64,000 nucleotides of DNA from Thermotogota bacterium (lineage in GTDB: Bacteria > Thermotogota > Thermotogae > Petrotogales > Petrotogaceae): the NCBI GenBank assembly GCA_051748045.1, contig JBNJGY010000001.1, positions 32,001-96,000 of the forward strand, in the 5' to 3' direction. Of the stretch, positions 10,476 through 20,187 are shown piece by piece (positions within the stretch are counted from its first letter, which is position 1; every line of letters begins with the position of its first letter). The position numbers were made by a program, and so were the translations under genes. The notes beneath the pieces are model-generated. The model was given only the letters and a program-made list of their open reading frames with translations, did not search any database and had not been told where the DNA came from.

Positions 10476-11212
10476 ATTTATTAAAAAACATAGGATTATT
10501 CTTTCTGAATATATATTTCTATTTAGTTATTTTTGTTTTAGTTTTTATATACGGTTCATACGGTTTAATTAAAGCAAAAATTTTAAAAAGAAAATCTGAA
10601 GAAAAGTCCAAAGCATATGTTAGAAAAACTGTAGAAAAATTCGGAAGAATAATATTAAGATCTTTGTTTTGTAAAGTTATAGTTGATGGAAAAGAAAACA
10701 TACCAGAAAAAGGTCCTTATGTTATTGTCAGTAATCATCAGAGTTATTTTGATATTCCTCTGATTTTTGGTTATATTTATCCTAGTGGTTTTGTAGCTAA
10801 AATTGAATTAGCAAAAATGCCCATTGTTGGTAAATATATAACTGCTTTAGATAGTGTTCTAATAAACAGAAAAGACCCAAAATCTGGAGCTGCTTCTTTA
10901 AGAAGATTTGCAAAAAATTTAAAAAAAGGTTCTATTATTACAGTATTTCCAGAAGGCACAAGAACAAAAACTGGAAAAATAGATGAGTTCAAAAAAGGTA
11001 CTTTAATGGTCCCTTTTAGATATGGAATTAGCCTTTTACCTTTAGCAATTGATGGTTCATTCAATGTGAGTAAAAAAGGATCTTTTTTGTTTAAACCTAC
11101 CACTATTAAAGTGAAAATATTTAAGCCAATTGATCCAAAAACTTTTGCAAGTGAAGGAGAGTTGAGAGAACATATAAAAAATGAGATCACAAAAAGCCTT
11201 CAGGAGGGATAG
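10472..11212 (+). CDS. plsC: 1-acyl-sn-glycerol-3-phosphate acyltransferase
   Basis: NHQSYFD (HxxxxD) and FPEGTR motifs. Confidence 0.92.
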   Translation: MNLLKNIGLFFLNIYFYLVIFVLVFIYGSYGLIKAKILKRKSEEKSKAYVRKTVEKFGRIILRSLFCKVIVDGKENIPEKGPYVIVSNHQSYFDIPLIFGYIYPSGFVAKIELAKMPIVGKYITALDSVLINRKDPKSGAASLRRFAKNLKKGSIITVFPEGTRTKTGKIDEFKKGTLMVPFRYGISLLPLAIDGSFNVSKKGSFLFKPTTIKVKIFKPIDPKTFASEGELREHIKNEITKSLQEG

Positions 11213-11215
11213 ACT

Positions 11216-11719
11216 ATGAAAAGAATAAGTAAGATCACAATGGGCTTAGATAAAGTTTCTAATACTCCAGTAATTTTTTTATTGTTGGAAAAAACTCATC
11301 TAGCTTTACCAATTTGGATAGGCCCATGCGAAGCTGGGGTTATGGCAATGGCATTAAAAAAAGAAATATTTGAAAGGCCATTAACACATGATTTATATTT
11401 AAATTCTATAGAAAAACTAAACTATAAAATTAATAAAATAATTATTACAAAAATAGAAAATAATATTTATCATTCTACAATATCTTTAACTGATAAAAAT
11501 GAAAATACTATAGAAATAGACTCTAGACCTTCAGATGCTATTATATTAGGAGTTAAAAGTGAAATACCAATTTACTTAGATGATGATATAGCTATAAATA
11601 ATACTGTAGAGGTTGATTTCTTAGGGGATGACGACAAGGAAAGAAATGATCTAAAGAAAATATTAGATGAGTTTAATATTGACAACATGAAAGATTATTT
11701 TAATAAAGACGATGAATAA
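11216..11719 (+). CDS. Bifunctional nuclease family protein (DUF151)
   Basis: LPIWIG, RPLTHDL and DSRPSDAI motifs. Confidence 0.9.
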   Translation: MKRISKITMGLDKVSNTPVIFLLLEKTHLALPIWIGPCEAGVMAMALKKEIFERPLTHDLYLNSIEKLNYKINKIIITKIENNIYHSTISLTDKNENTIEIDSRPSDAIILGVKSEIPIYLDDDIAINNTVEVDFLGDDDKERNDLKKILDEFNIDNMKDYFNKDDE

Positions 11720-11746
11720 TTATATGGTATGATTTAGGGGGTTTTT

Positions 11747-12610
11747 ATGGATTTTTTATTTGATTTTAAGAAAGTATTCGAGAAAAAACTCGATTCATTC
11801 ATAACCAACTCTGAAATAAATGAAGATATTAAAAAATCATTAAAGTATAGCTTGATGAATGGAGGAAAGAGACTAAGACCTTGGATAATCAATAGAATTT
11901 CTGAACTTTTAGATATAAATGATTCTCTTGCAATTGAAACCCTATCTTTTTTAGTTGAAATAACACACACAACATCTCTTATACACGATGATATGCCTGA
12001 AATAGATAATTCTTCTTTAAGAAGAGGCAAAAAAACAAATCACATTGTTTTTGGAGACTATCTTTCTCTTCTTGCTGGTGATTATGGATTTGTTTTACCT
12101 TTAAAAATTATTTCTGAATTGAAAATTGACTCTCTTAAAATAAAAAATAGATTATTTTCACATTTTTCAACTTCAACTTTGAAATTAATTGAAGGTGAAA
12201 CAGAAGATGTTCTTTTTGAGAAATTAGGAAAATCACCATCAAAAGAGGAAATAATAAATATGTATAGAAAAAAGACAGGTGAATTGTTTGGTTTGTGCTT
12301 TTCACTTCCTTTTATTTTAAAAGATAAAACAAACAATATTGATGAAATTTATAGCTCTGGATTAAAATTCGGAATTTCATTCCAAATTTATGATGATTTG
12401 AAAGATGTTTTTTCAACAGAAGAAGAGTTAGGGAAAAACGTTAATACTGATGAAAATAAATTAACCCTTCTAAAACTCGTTGGTCATGAGCAGGCAAAAA
12501 AATATGCTGATAATCTATTTGAAGAAATTGGTACTATACTCAAAAAAAACGATTTAGAAGATTTTTATTATGATTTAATTAAAATTAAAAGTTATATTGA
12601 AAAAAAATAG
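11747..12610 (+). CDS. ispA: Polyprenyl (farnesyl/geranylgeranyl) diphosphate synthase
   Basis: GGKRLRP, SLIHDDMP, RRG, KTG and FQIYDD motifs. Confidence 0.88.
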   Translation: MDFLFDFKKVFEKKLDSFITNSEINEDIKKSLKYSLMNGGKRLRPWIINRISELLDINDSLAIETLSFLVEITHTTSLIHDDMPEIDNSSLRRGKKTNHIVFGDYLSLLAGDYGFVLPLKIISELKIDSLKIKNRLFSHFSTSTLKLIEGETEDVLFEKLGKSPSKEEIINMYRKKTGELFGLCFSLPFILKDKTNNIDEIYSSGLKFGISFQIYDDLKDVFSTEEELGKNVNTDENKLTLLKLVGHEQAKKYADNLFEEIGTILKKNDLEDFYYDLIKIKSYIEKK

Positions 12611-12621
12611 GGTGGTTACTA

Positions 12622-15084
12622 ATGGCTGAAGAAAATAACAACGAAAATAAACAAAACAAATTAAAGAATTTAATTTCTAAATTATTATTATCTTTAAAAA
12701 GGATTCGATATAAAATTAACAAAAAAATACTCTTGATTATTTCTGGAGTTGTTGTTTTAATTATTGCTTCATTTATTTTTATTCCAATGATTTTTGACTC
12801 TCAAGAAGCCCCTGATCAAAAAAGAACAAAAGAACTAGAAGTTATTATTCCAGAAAACGCTTATAATGGAGATAAAAGATTTGATATCGAGGAGGTACCG
12901 AATGATTCAATAGAATATCAAAATCTTAGTTCAATGGCTAATTTCCATGGAAAAATATTTTCCATTGAACCTGTTGATGGTGTGGAAGAATCTTCTCTTT
13001 TACCTATGAAAATAAGATATAAAATTCCTGATGATCTTTATTTTGGAGATAATTTCACTAATTTTTCTTTAGCATATGCATCTAACTCAGAACCTCCTGT
13101 AATAAGTGAATTTTCAGGAGCTAAAATTATAGAAGTTGATAATTCTTATTATATTGAAGCTGATACATTTCATTTTTCTAAAATAGGTTTGATTGTTAAA
13201 TCGCCTAAAGAATCAGATTATGGGCTAAAAACATTAACAGAAAAACCTTCAACTTTTAAACCTGATGTTTTGCTAGTTCCTGGTACAGATATTAATTTTA
13301 TAGGTTATTTATCTAACACAAATACTTCTGATAATCCATACGGTAGCAATTTTTGGTCTGTACTCTTTGAAGAAAGAACACTTTGGCAATATAATTATCC
13401 AATCGTTAATACAAGAAGTAAGACTTATTACGATTCTTATCAAGGATTTTTAATGAGAACAGGATCAAAATCATATATAGAATTTGAAGCTAAAAGATTA
13501 GCACAAGAATTAAAAAGACTTCCAAACAGAGAATTTGATATAATTGCACATGGTGTAGGAGGGTTGATAGCAAGATACGCAATTGAGTCTGATGAGAATA
13601 TAAATAATGTAAAAAACATTGTTTTAATTTCAACACCAAATAAAGGAACTAATTTAGCAAATCCTTTATTTTTTAATCTTATCTACGGAAAGCCAACTGA
13701 TATATTAATTGAAAATTTAAATGTTAATGAGGAAGCCTCTTTTAATATCAAATATAACACCAATTTTTTCCTTGAACAAATAAATAATTACTATTCTGAT
13801 TTAATTCCTAATTCTGAGTTTTTAAACAAATTGAATAGTTTTGGACTTAGAGAAGATATAAATTATATAACTATAGCCGGTGAAAATTCTGGTATTAATA
13901 TGGATCTAAGTGAATCCTCCATTTCAAGATTGTATCCTGAATTCATTAACGGCAAAGCAGATGGAATAGTTACAGTTAATAGCTCATTAATGAATGAGGC
14001 AAATACAAAACTTTTGTACGATTATAAATTTTATGACATTTATTCAAAACCTGAAGTTTTAGACAATATTAAGAAAATACTTGAGGATACTCTTGAATTC
14101 CCAGAAATAAGAGAGTTTGAAGATGATGATTTCATTGAAACATATGAACAATTAAGATCTTCTCAAGAAAAAAATGATTCTACGCAAAGTCAAACTGATT
14201 CAGATGTTGATACGGAAAGCAATGATTTTAATTTACCTATTAACTACTCAGAATTTTCTTTAATTGAGGATATTTCTACAGTGAAAGACTTAGAATATAA
14301 TAATCCTAAATTAGATTCCTTTGATGGTAAATTACTAATAAAAAATGACTCAGGTATTTATGATATTAATGGAAATATTTTATTGAATACTGATATAATC
14401 AATTCTTATAAATATAAAGATAGATACATTGTCACAGCGAAAGATGGAATATATGTCTTAGATGAAGATTCAAATAATTTTATTAAAGTTGAAGATGGTC
14501 TAATTGAAAGTGATGAGGCTTATTATTTATCAGAATATGGTATTTTAAGAGTTTTTCACAATAATGATTATTCTTCTGTTTATTTGGATAAAGAAATATT
14601 ATCTAATAATTCAAGAATGGTAGAAATAGAAGAAAATAATGGGATAAATTATGTTGTCTTAGAGAACAGAATATCTGTGTTAAGCGAGAACACGCTTAAT
14701 GATTATATTTTAAAAGATGATATTATTAATGCAACAGGTATTAGTTTTGATTCCATTAGGGACGTGGAGATTATAAACAATGATTTTTATATTTCTACTA
14801 CTGATTATAAACTAATCTATGTTAAAGGAAATAGATCATTTTATCAAGTTATAGGTAATGGTGACGTTGGTAAGAAAACACTTATAAATAAAAATGGTAT
14901 TTTATATGTGTTTGGCGAAGACACTATAACATATATTGATATAGAAAATAAAAATTTCCCTGGGAACTATCAAAGATTTGATGAAGAAAACATTGATTAT
15001 ATTATTAATAATGAAACTATTTATGGTATTCAACAAACATTAAGGGGCTTTAAATTATGGGAAGGAAATCTAACAAACTTTTAA
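12622..15084 (+). CDS. Membrane-anchored protein with a PGAP1-like alpha/beta-hydrolase domain (degenerate nucleophile) and a beta-rich C-terminal region
   Basis: N-terminal TM; DIIAHGVGGLIARY, ISTPNKGT and DGIVTVNS are hallmarks of the lipase/PGAP1-like fold. Confidence 0.65.
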   Translation: MAEENNNENKQNKLKNLISKLLLSLKRIRYKINKKILLIISGVVVLIIASFIFIPMIFDSQEAPDQKRTKELEVIIPENAYNGDKRFDIEEVPNDSIEYQNLSSMANFHGKIFSIEPVDGVEESSLLPMKIRYKIPDDLYFGDNFTNFSLAYASNSEPPVISEFSGAKIIEVDNSYYIEADTFHFSKIGLIVKSPKESDYGLKTLTEKPSTFKPDVLLVPGTDINFIGYLSNTNTSDNPYGSNFWSVLFEERTLWQYNYPIVNTRSKTYYDSYQGFLMRTGSKSYIEFEAKRLAQELKRLPNREFDIIAHGVGGLIARYAIESDENINNVKNIVLISTPNKGTNLANPLFFNLIYGKPTDILIENLNVNEEASFNIKYNTNFFLEQINNYYSDLIPNSEFLNKLNSFGLREDINYITIAGENSGINMDLSESSISRLYPEFINGKADGIVTVNSSLMNEANTKLLYDYKFYDIYSKPEVLDNIKKILEDTLEFPEIREFEDDDFIETYEQLRSSQEKNDSTQSQTDSDVDTESNDFNLPINYSEFSLIEDISTVKDLEYNNPKLDSFDGKLLIKNDSGIYDINGNILLNTDIINSYKYKDRYIVTAKDGIYVLDEDSNNFIKVEDGLIESDEAYYLSEYGILRVFHNNDYSSVYLDKEILSNNSRMVEIEENNGINYVVLENRISVLSENTLNDYILKDDIINATGISFDSIRDVEIINNDFYISTTDYKLIYVKGNRSFYQVIGNGDVGKKTLINKNGILYVFGEDTITYIDIENKNFPGNYQRFDEENIDYIINNETIYGIQQTLRGFKLWEGNLTNF

Positions 15085-16292
15085 TTATTATTTCTATATT
15101 TTTATTGTTTTTTAACATGATTTACGCTTCAAATTACGATGAAGCGTATAATTTGTATTTATCTGGATTAAAGGCTTACAGATCTGGAGAATATGAGAAT
15201 GCCCAAAACTTTTTAGAATCCGCTTTGGAAAAGTCTCCAAGAATTGAAGATGAAATACCAGAAATAAAATTATATTTGGGTCTTTCTGCTTTTCAAAATC
15301 GTGATTATGAATTATCTCTCCAATTTTTAAACCTTTTTCCAAATAACGCATTAGCAAATGAATCTGTAAGAAATATTCAAGAAAAACTTCTAACACAAGA
15401 TGTTGATGTAGGGGACTTAGTTATTAAGAATCCAACTAATGGTTCAACAACTACAGAGAAAAATAATATCAATACAGGTAGTTTCCTAACTATTACATTT
15501 ATTATTTTTATTATATCTATTCTAAGCGCTTTTGCAGTTTGGTTTTTATTGAAAAAATATTCAACAGTTGATTTTGGGAAACAAACTAAAAAAATAACAA
15601 CAGGTGAAACTGAAGATTTCGAAGAGCCAGAAGAGGTTATACAACCAATTATCCTTGAAGAAGTAATTAATTTGAAACTAGACAATTTAGAAACTATTTG
15701 GCAAAAATCTAAAGCTTTAAAAAGACTACTTGGTGAAATCGATGAAGACTTCTCTCATGAAGAATCTGATGATATGGAAGAAGAAGATGTAAAAACCAAT
15801 AAATTGAAAAAAATGATAGATGATTCAATGAAAGATGTTGATTTAGATGAATTAGAAAATATTTTAGATGATTATGATTCAGAAGAAGATGAAACTGAAG
15901 AAACCAAAGATTCTACCGAAGAAGTAGAAAAAATAAAAAATGATGATGACTCTAACACTTCAGAAGAAGATTTAGAAATTAATGAAGATGAAATAGAAAA
16001 AGATACTCAAAATCTTGATCAAGTTTCTTTAGAAGATGTTAAAAATGATTGGGAAGAATCCGCTGATACTATCAAGCCTGATCAAAATGCAAAAAATACT
16101 TACAACAAAATTATGAACGAAAAAGAAGCCGAAATAATAAGAGAAGCGGAGAGTTTTAATGATTTAAATTCTTTAATAGAAGATATAGAAGCAAGTAATA
16201 AAGATAAAGGAAGAAAAGAATATACACAAGCTCAATTAGATTCCATCTTTAAAACCAATTTTTTTGAAATAAACGATGAAAAAATAAATTAA
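15057..16292 (+). CDS. TPR-containing membrane protein with long acidic C-terminal tail
   Basis: Signal-like N-terminus, TPR-like helices (YLSGLKAYRSGEYENA; LYLGLSAFQNRDY), a TM near aa 145-167 and a D/E-rich tail. Confidence 0.65.
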   Translation: MGRKSNKLLIIISIFLLFFNMIYASNYDEAYNLYLSGLKAYRSGEYENAQNFLESALEKSPRIEDEIPEIKLYLGLSAFQNRDYELSLQFLNLFPNNALANESVRNIQEKLLTQDVDVGDLVIKNPTNGSTTTEKNNINTGSFLTITFIIFIISILSAFAVWFLLKKYSTVDFGKQTKKITTGETEDFEEPEEVIQPIILEEVINLKLDNLETIWQKSKALKRLLGEIDEDFSHEESDDMEEEDVKTNKLKKMIDDSMKDVDLDELENILDDYDSEEDETEETKDSTEEVEKIKNDDDSNTSEEDLEINEDEIEKDTQNLDQVSLEDVKNDWEESADTIKPDQNAKNTYNKIMNEKEAEIIREAESFNDLNSLIEDIEASNKDKGRKEYTQAQLDSIFKTNFFEINDEKIN

Positions 16293-16320
16293 AATGCCCT
16301 TTAAAAGGGCATTTTAATTT
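16286..16320. terminator. Bidirectional terminator between the TPR gene and tRNA-Gly
   Basis: AAATTAAAATGCCCTT-TAA-AAGGGCATTTTAATTT inverted repeat. Confidence 0.85.
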
Positions 16321-16321
16321 A

Positions 16322-16397
16322 TGGAGCGGATAACGAGACTCGAACCCGCGACCCTCAGCTTGGGAAGCTGATGCTCTACCAACTGAGCTATATCCGC
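16322..16397 (-). tRNA. tRNA-Gly (anticodon CCC)
   Basis: Reverse complement GCGGATATAGCTCAGTTGGTAGAGCATCAGCTTCCCAAGCTGAGGGTCGCGGGTTCGAGTCTCGTTATCCGCTCCA: 76 nt cloverleaf, anticodon loop TTCCCAA, encoded CCA. Confidence 0.96.
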
Positions 16398-16403
16398 TTA
16401 TTA

Positions 16404-16439
16404 TGATATAATTATATCAGAAAAAACAATAATAGTAAA
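16404..16439. promoter_or_regulatory. Overlapping divergent promoters for tRNA-Gly (-) and lgt (+)
   Basis: 16-bp palindrome TGATATAATTATATCA (16404-16419) gives TGnTATAAT on both strands; minus-strand -35 TTTACT (16439-16434) at 17 bp spacing. Confidence 0.6.
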
Positions 16440-16458
16440 TTATTTAGAGGAGGTATAT

Positions 16459-17334
16459 ATGTCTAAAAAATCTTATTTAATGTATGTTTTTACTGTTTTA
16501 ATTTCTTTTTCTATATTAGGAATATTTTTACTACCAAAAGCTTTTTCTGGTGATTTATATGTATCTCCTATAATGATAACTATAGGTTCCTTGGAAATAA
16601 GATGGTATGGGTTTTTAATAGCATTATCAATACTGATAGTAACTTTAATCGCAGAGAAAAGAGCTAAAAAAGAAGATGTTTCTCAAGATGATTTTTATTC
16701 AGCAGTAATTTTTGGAATAATTTTAGGGGTTATAGGAGCAAGGTTATATTATGTTGCTTTTAATCTTGATTATTTTTCTAATAATCCTTTAGAAATAATA
16801 ATGATAAATCATGGAGGAATGGCTATACATGGAGGTATTTTAGGAGCTATTTTATCTATTTACATATACACTAAATTTAGAAAAAAATCATCTCTTAATT
16901 TTCTGCAAGCATTAGATATTTTAACTTTTGTTTTACCTTTAGCTCAATCTATTGGTAGATGGGGTAATTTTTTCAACCATGAAGCATATGGTTCTCCAAC
17001 TGATTTACCTTGGAAAATGTTTGTCGCTTTTCAGCATAGAATGCCAGGATATGAAAATTATGAGTTTTTTCATCCTACTTTTTTATATGAATCATTAGGT
17101 AATTCATTGATTTTCTTATTTTTGCTTTATTATATAAATTTCAAAAGAAAAATAAAAGGGGAAATAACAGCTTTGTATTTAATGTTATATTCAATTTTAA
17201 GGGGTTTTGTAGAAATCCTGAGAACAGATAGCCTTTATTTTCTCGGACTTAAAACTAATGTTTTGATAAGTGTGATTTTATTTTTTGTCGGATTATTTAT
17301 GATGATTTATTTGAAAAGGAGAAATAATGAATAA
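16459..17334 (+). CDS. lgt: Prolipoprotein diacylglyceryl transferase
   Basis: IRWYG, GARLYYV, GGMAIHGG, GRWGNFFNHEAYG and HPTFLYES motifs. Confidence 0.96.
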   Translation: MSKKSYLMYVFTVLISFSILGIFLLPKAFSGDLYVSPIMITIGSLEIRWYGFLIALSILIVTLIAEKRAKKEDVSQDDFYSAVIFGIILGVIGARLYYVAFNLDYFSNNPLEIIMINHGGMAIHGGILGAILSIYIYTKFRKKSSLNFLQALDILTFVLPLAQSIGRWGNFFNHEAYGSPTDLPWKMFVAFQHRMPGYENYEFFHPTFLYESLGNSLIFLFLLYYINFKRKIKGEITALYLMLYSILRGFVEILRTDSLYFLGLKTNVLISVILFFVGLFMMIYLKRRNNE

Positions 17335-18148
17335 AAAGATAGTTATCTTAATAAATGTTATAGTACTATTATTTATCTTTTTACCGATTAATGTGGTAAT
17401 TGAAGATGAAAATAATAATATAAACATATTTTCTACAGGTTTCAATATTTTATTTTATAAATCTAATTCTGATAGTGATTTTGTTGAGAAAAGATTTTTA
17501 TTTTATAATAAAATTAGTTATTCTGAATATCTAATTTTAAATTATTCTAATTTCTCTTTCAGATTTACTTTTTCAGATAATAAAATTCAAGATCAATTTA
17601 ACAAAGAACAAGCTTATTTCTTTATAGATGATCAATATAAATTATACAATACTAATAAACTTTATTATTCTGATGAATGGTTAAAACATCCATTAACCAA
17701 TTCTGTGAAATTTATAGAAAAATATCTTGAGAATTTTATTTTTGAACAAAAATATTTTTTATTTTCTGAATATTTTCGTTCTTTTCATGTAAAACCAAAT
17801 ATTTTCTTTATTAACAACAAAAAAGATTTTGTACATGAAATCACTCACTCTTTAATTGACGATTCTACAGATCATGAAAGGGTTGATATATGGCCAGAAA
17901 TTTTATGTGAAGCTAATTCTTTACTTTATTTAAAAGAAACTAATAAATTAAAATATGAGAATGAAATTGAACTAAAACAATTAAATTATTATATGTATCC
18001 TTATGGAATAGAAGTATTATCTTTTGTAAAAAAATTTAACTTTAATTCCAAAGAAATTTTTGAATTTGAGAATTATATTTTGAAAAATTATAAAAAATTA
18101 AATGATGAACAATTTTTTAATTTAATAGAATCTTATAAGGGGGAATAA
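17327..18148 (+). CDS. Hypothetical membrane-anchored protein with HExxH motif (possible zinc metallopeptidase)
   Basis: N-terminal hydrophobic segment; FVHEITHSL followed by ILCEANS. Confidence 0.5.
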   Translation: MNKKIVILINVIVLLFIFLPINVVIEDENNNINIFSTGFNILFYKSNSDSDFVEKRFLFYNKISYSEYLILNYSNFSFRFTFSDNKIQDQFNKEQAYFFIDDQYKLYNTNKLYYSDEWLKHPLTNSVKFIEKYLENFIFEQKYFLFSEYFRSFHVKPNIFFINNKKDFVHEITHSLIDDSTDHERVDIWPEILCEANSLLYLKETNKLKYENEIELKQLNYYMYPYGIEVLSFVKKFNFNSKEIFEFENYILKNYKKLNDEQFFNLIESYKGE

Positions 18149-18835
18149 ATGATGATTATCAAATTTTTAGGTCATTCTTGTTTTAAAATTGAAGCAGAAT
18201 ATAACTTTATTATTGATCCTTTCTTAGAGTCCAACCCTATTGCAAAATATAAAGAAGATGAATTAAAAAACTTAGATTATATTTTAGTAACCCATGGGCA
18301 CGGAGATCATTTAGGAGATACTTTAAATATTTCAAAAAAATACGGAGCTACGGTTGTTAGTAATTTTGAAATAATAAATTACTTAATAATGAAAGGTTTA
18401 GAAAAAGGCCATCCTATGCATGTTGGCGGTAGAACTTCTTTTGATTTTGGTAAACTAAAAATGACAAATGCAATTCATGGATCTGGAATAATAGAAGATA
18501 ACACCATCATAGATGGAGGTAACCCAGGTGGCTTTATAATATACACTGAAGGAAAAAGGATTTATCACGCTGGAGATACTGGTTTGACTAAAGATATGGA
18601 GCTTCTAAAAAGAGAAAATATAGATGTTGCTATGATCCCTATTGGTGGAAATTTTGTAATGGACGTTGAAGATGCAATTTTAGCAGTTAAAATGATTCAA
18701 CCTAAGATAGTGATTCCTATGCATTACAATACTTGGGACATAATAAAAGCAGATGTAAATTCATTTAAAACAAAAGTTAAATCATTAAAAATAGAATGTG
18801 AAGTAATGAATCCAGGGGATTCTTTGGATATTTAA
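18149..18835 (+). CDS. Metallo-beta-lactamase-fold metal-dependent hydrolase (UPF0173)
   Basis: FLGHSCF, IDPF, THGHGDH, YHAGDT, PIGG and PMHYNT motifs. Confidence 0.92.
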   Translation: MMIIKFLGHSCFKIEAEYNFIIDPFLESNPIAKYKEDELKNLDYILVTHGHGDHLGDTLNISKKYGATVVSNFEIINYLIMKGLEKGHPMHVGGRTSFDFGKLKMTNAIHGSGIIEDNTIIDGGNPGGFIIYTEGKRIYHAGDTGLTKDMELLKRENIDVAMIPIGGNFVMDVEDAILAVKMIQPKIVIPMHYNTWDIIKADVNSFKTKVKSLKIECEVMNPGDSLDI

Positions 18836-18852
18836 AACTGGAGTTGATAAAA

Positions 18853-20052
18853 ATGAAAAAATTTTTAATTTTTATTTTATTATTGTTTTCAATCAGTATT
18901 TTTTCTTCTAAATATATTTTCTTTTTTCTTGGAGACGGAATGGGATTAAATCACTTGAAGCTAGCAAATGAATATTCAATAAATCAATATGGAAAAGATT
19001 TGAATTATTTAAAATTAGACAATTTTTCATTATTGGATACTCAATCACTAAGTGGTGTTACTGATTCATCAGCAGCTATTACAGCTATTATGAGCTTAGA
19101 AAAAACTCATAATGATAAAATTAATATAGATAAAAATGGGAATAAACTTAATCCAATTTCATATTATTTTAAAGACATTGGCTATAATATTGCTGTTATA
19201 ACCTCAAATTCAATTGTTGATGCATCTCCTGCAGGAATATACGCCAAAAGTAATAGTAGACAACAATATTCTTCTTTAGCTAATCAACTTTTAGATAGCC
19301 AATTTGACTTATTTATTGGTGGAGGTAGAGCATTTTTATCTGAAGAAGATATTGAAAAAAAAGGATATGATTATAAAACGAAAATTGACATCGCTTCTAT
19401 TTCGGAAAAACCAGAAGTAATTTTAACAGCATATTCTAATAATAAATTGATTAAAGATTCTGGAAATAACTCTTTCTATAAAGATACAGTTGATTATGGA
19501 ATTCAAAAATTTAACGGTGGAAATTTTTTTATTTTTATCGAAGGAGGCAGAATAGATCATGCATCTCATGCGCATGATAGCCTTTCTGTAATTAAAGAGA
19601 CTATTGCTTTTGATGAAAGTTTAGAGCCTGCTTTGAATTTCTATGAACAAAATCCAGAAGAAACTATCATTTTATTTTTAGCAGATCATGAAACTGGAGG
19701 CTTATCTCTTGGAGATGGTTTTATAAACATTAATAACCTTAACTCACAAAAATATTCATATGAATATTTAATAAATATAATAAATAAAAGCGATAATTAT
19801 GAAGATTTTATTAAAAAAACTAACTTATCTTTTTTAACTGAAACTGACTATAACTCTTCCAAGAAAGAAAATAACGTTTCTTATTTTGATGATATAATTC
19901 AAAATTATTTCCGAAAATATAATAATGCCTCAGGTATTAAATGGTCTTCATTTGGTCATACTATTAATAATGTACCTTTGTTTAGCAACGGTATAGATTA
20001 TGATAACTATTTAAAACTAAAAGATATTTTTTGGAAAATAATAAAAAAATGA
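18853..20052 (+). CDS. Secreted alkaline phosphatase
   Basis: Signal peptide; GDGMG, TDSSAA (phosphoserine site), EGGRIDHASH, ADHETGG and GHT motifs. Confidence 0.9.
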   Translation: MKKFLIFILLLFSISIFSSKYIFFFLGDGMGLNHLKLANEYSINQYGKDLNYLKLDNFSLLDTQSLSGVTDSSAAITAIMSLEKTHNDKINIDKNGNKLNPISYYFKDIGYNIAVITSNSIVDASPAGIYAKSNSRQQYSSLANQLLDSQFDLFIGGGRAFLSEEDIEKKGYDYKTKIDIASISEKPEVILTAYSNNKLIKDSGNNSFYKDTVDYGIQKFNGGNFFIFIEGGRIDHASHAHDSLSVIKETIAFDESLEPALNFYEQNPEETIILFLADHETGGLSLGDGFININNLNSQKYSYEYLINIINKSDNYEDFIKKTNLSFLTETDYNSSKKENNVSYFDDIIQNYFRKYNNASGIKWSSFGHTINNVPLFSNGIDYDNYLKLKDIFWKIIKK

Positions 20053-20187
20053 TATCTTTTTCATATTTTTAATAAACATGAAATTTTTTTCATTAAACGG
20101 GCATAAGTATTGTTTGTTACTTTAAATCAATCACAAACAAAGCTAACGGTATTTTGCATCTAAATATCTATAGTATATAATTTTATT

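Noticed and set aside
16322-16397. tRNA-Gly as an integration site
   Set aside because: No integrase, no duplicated tRNA 3' end seen, and the flanking genes are housekeeping.
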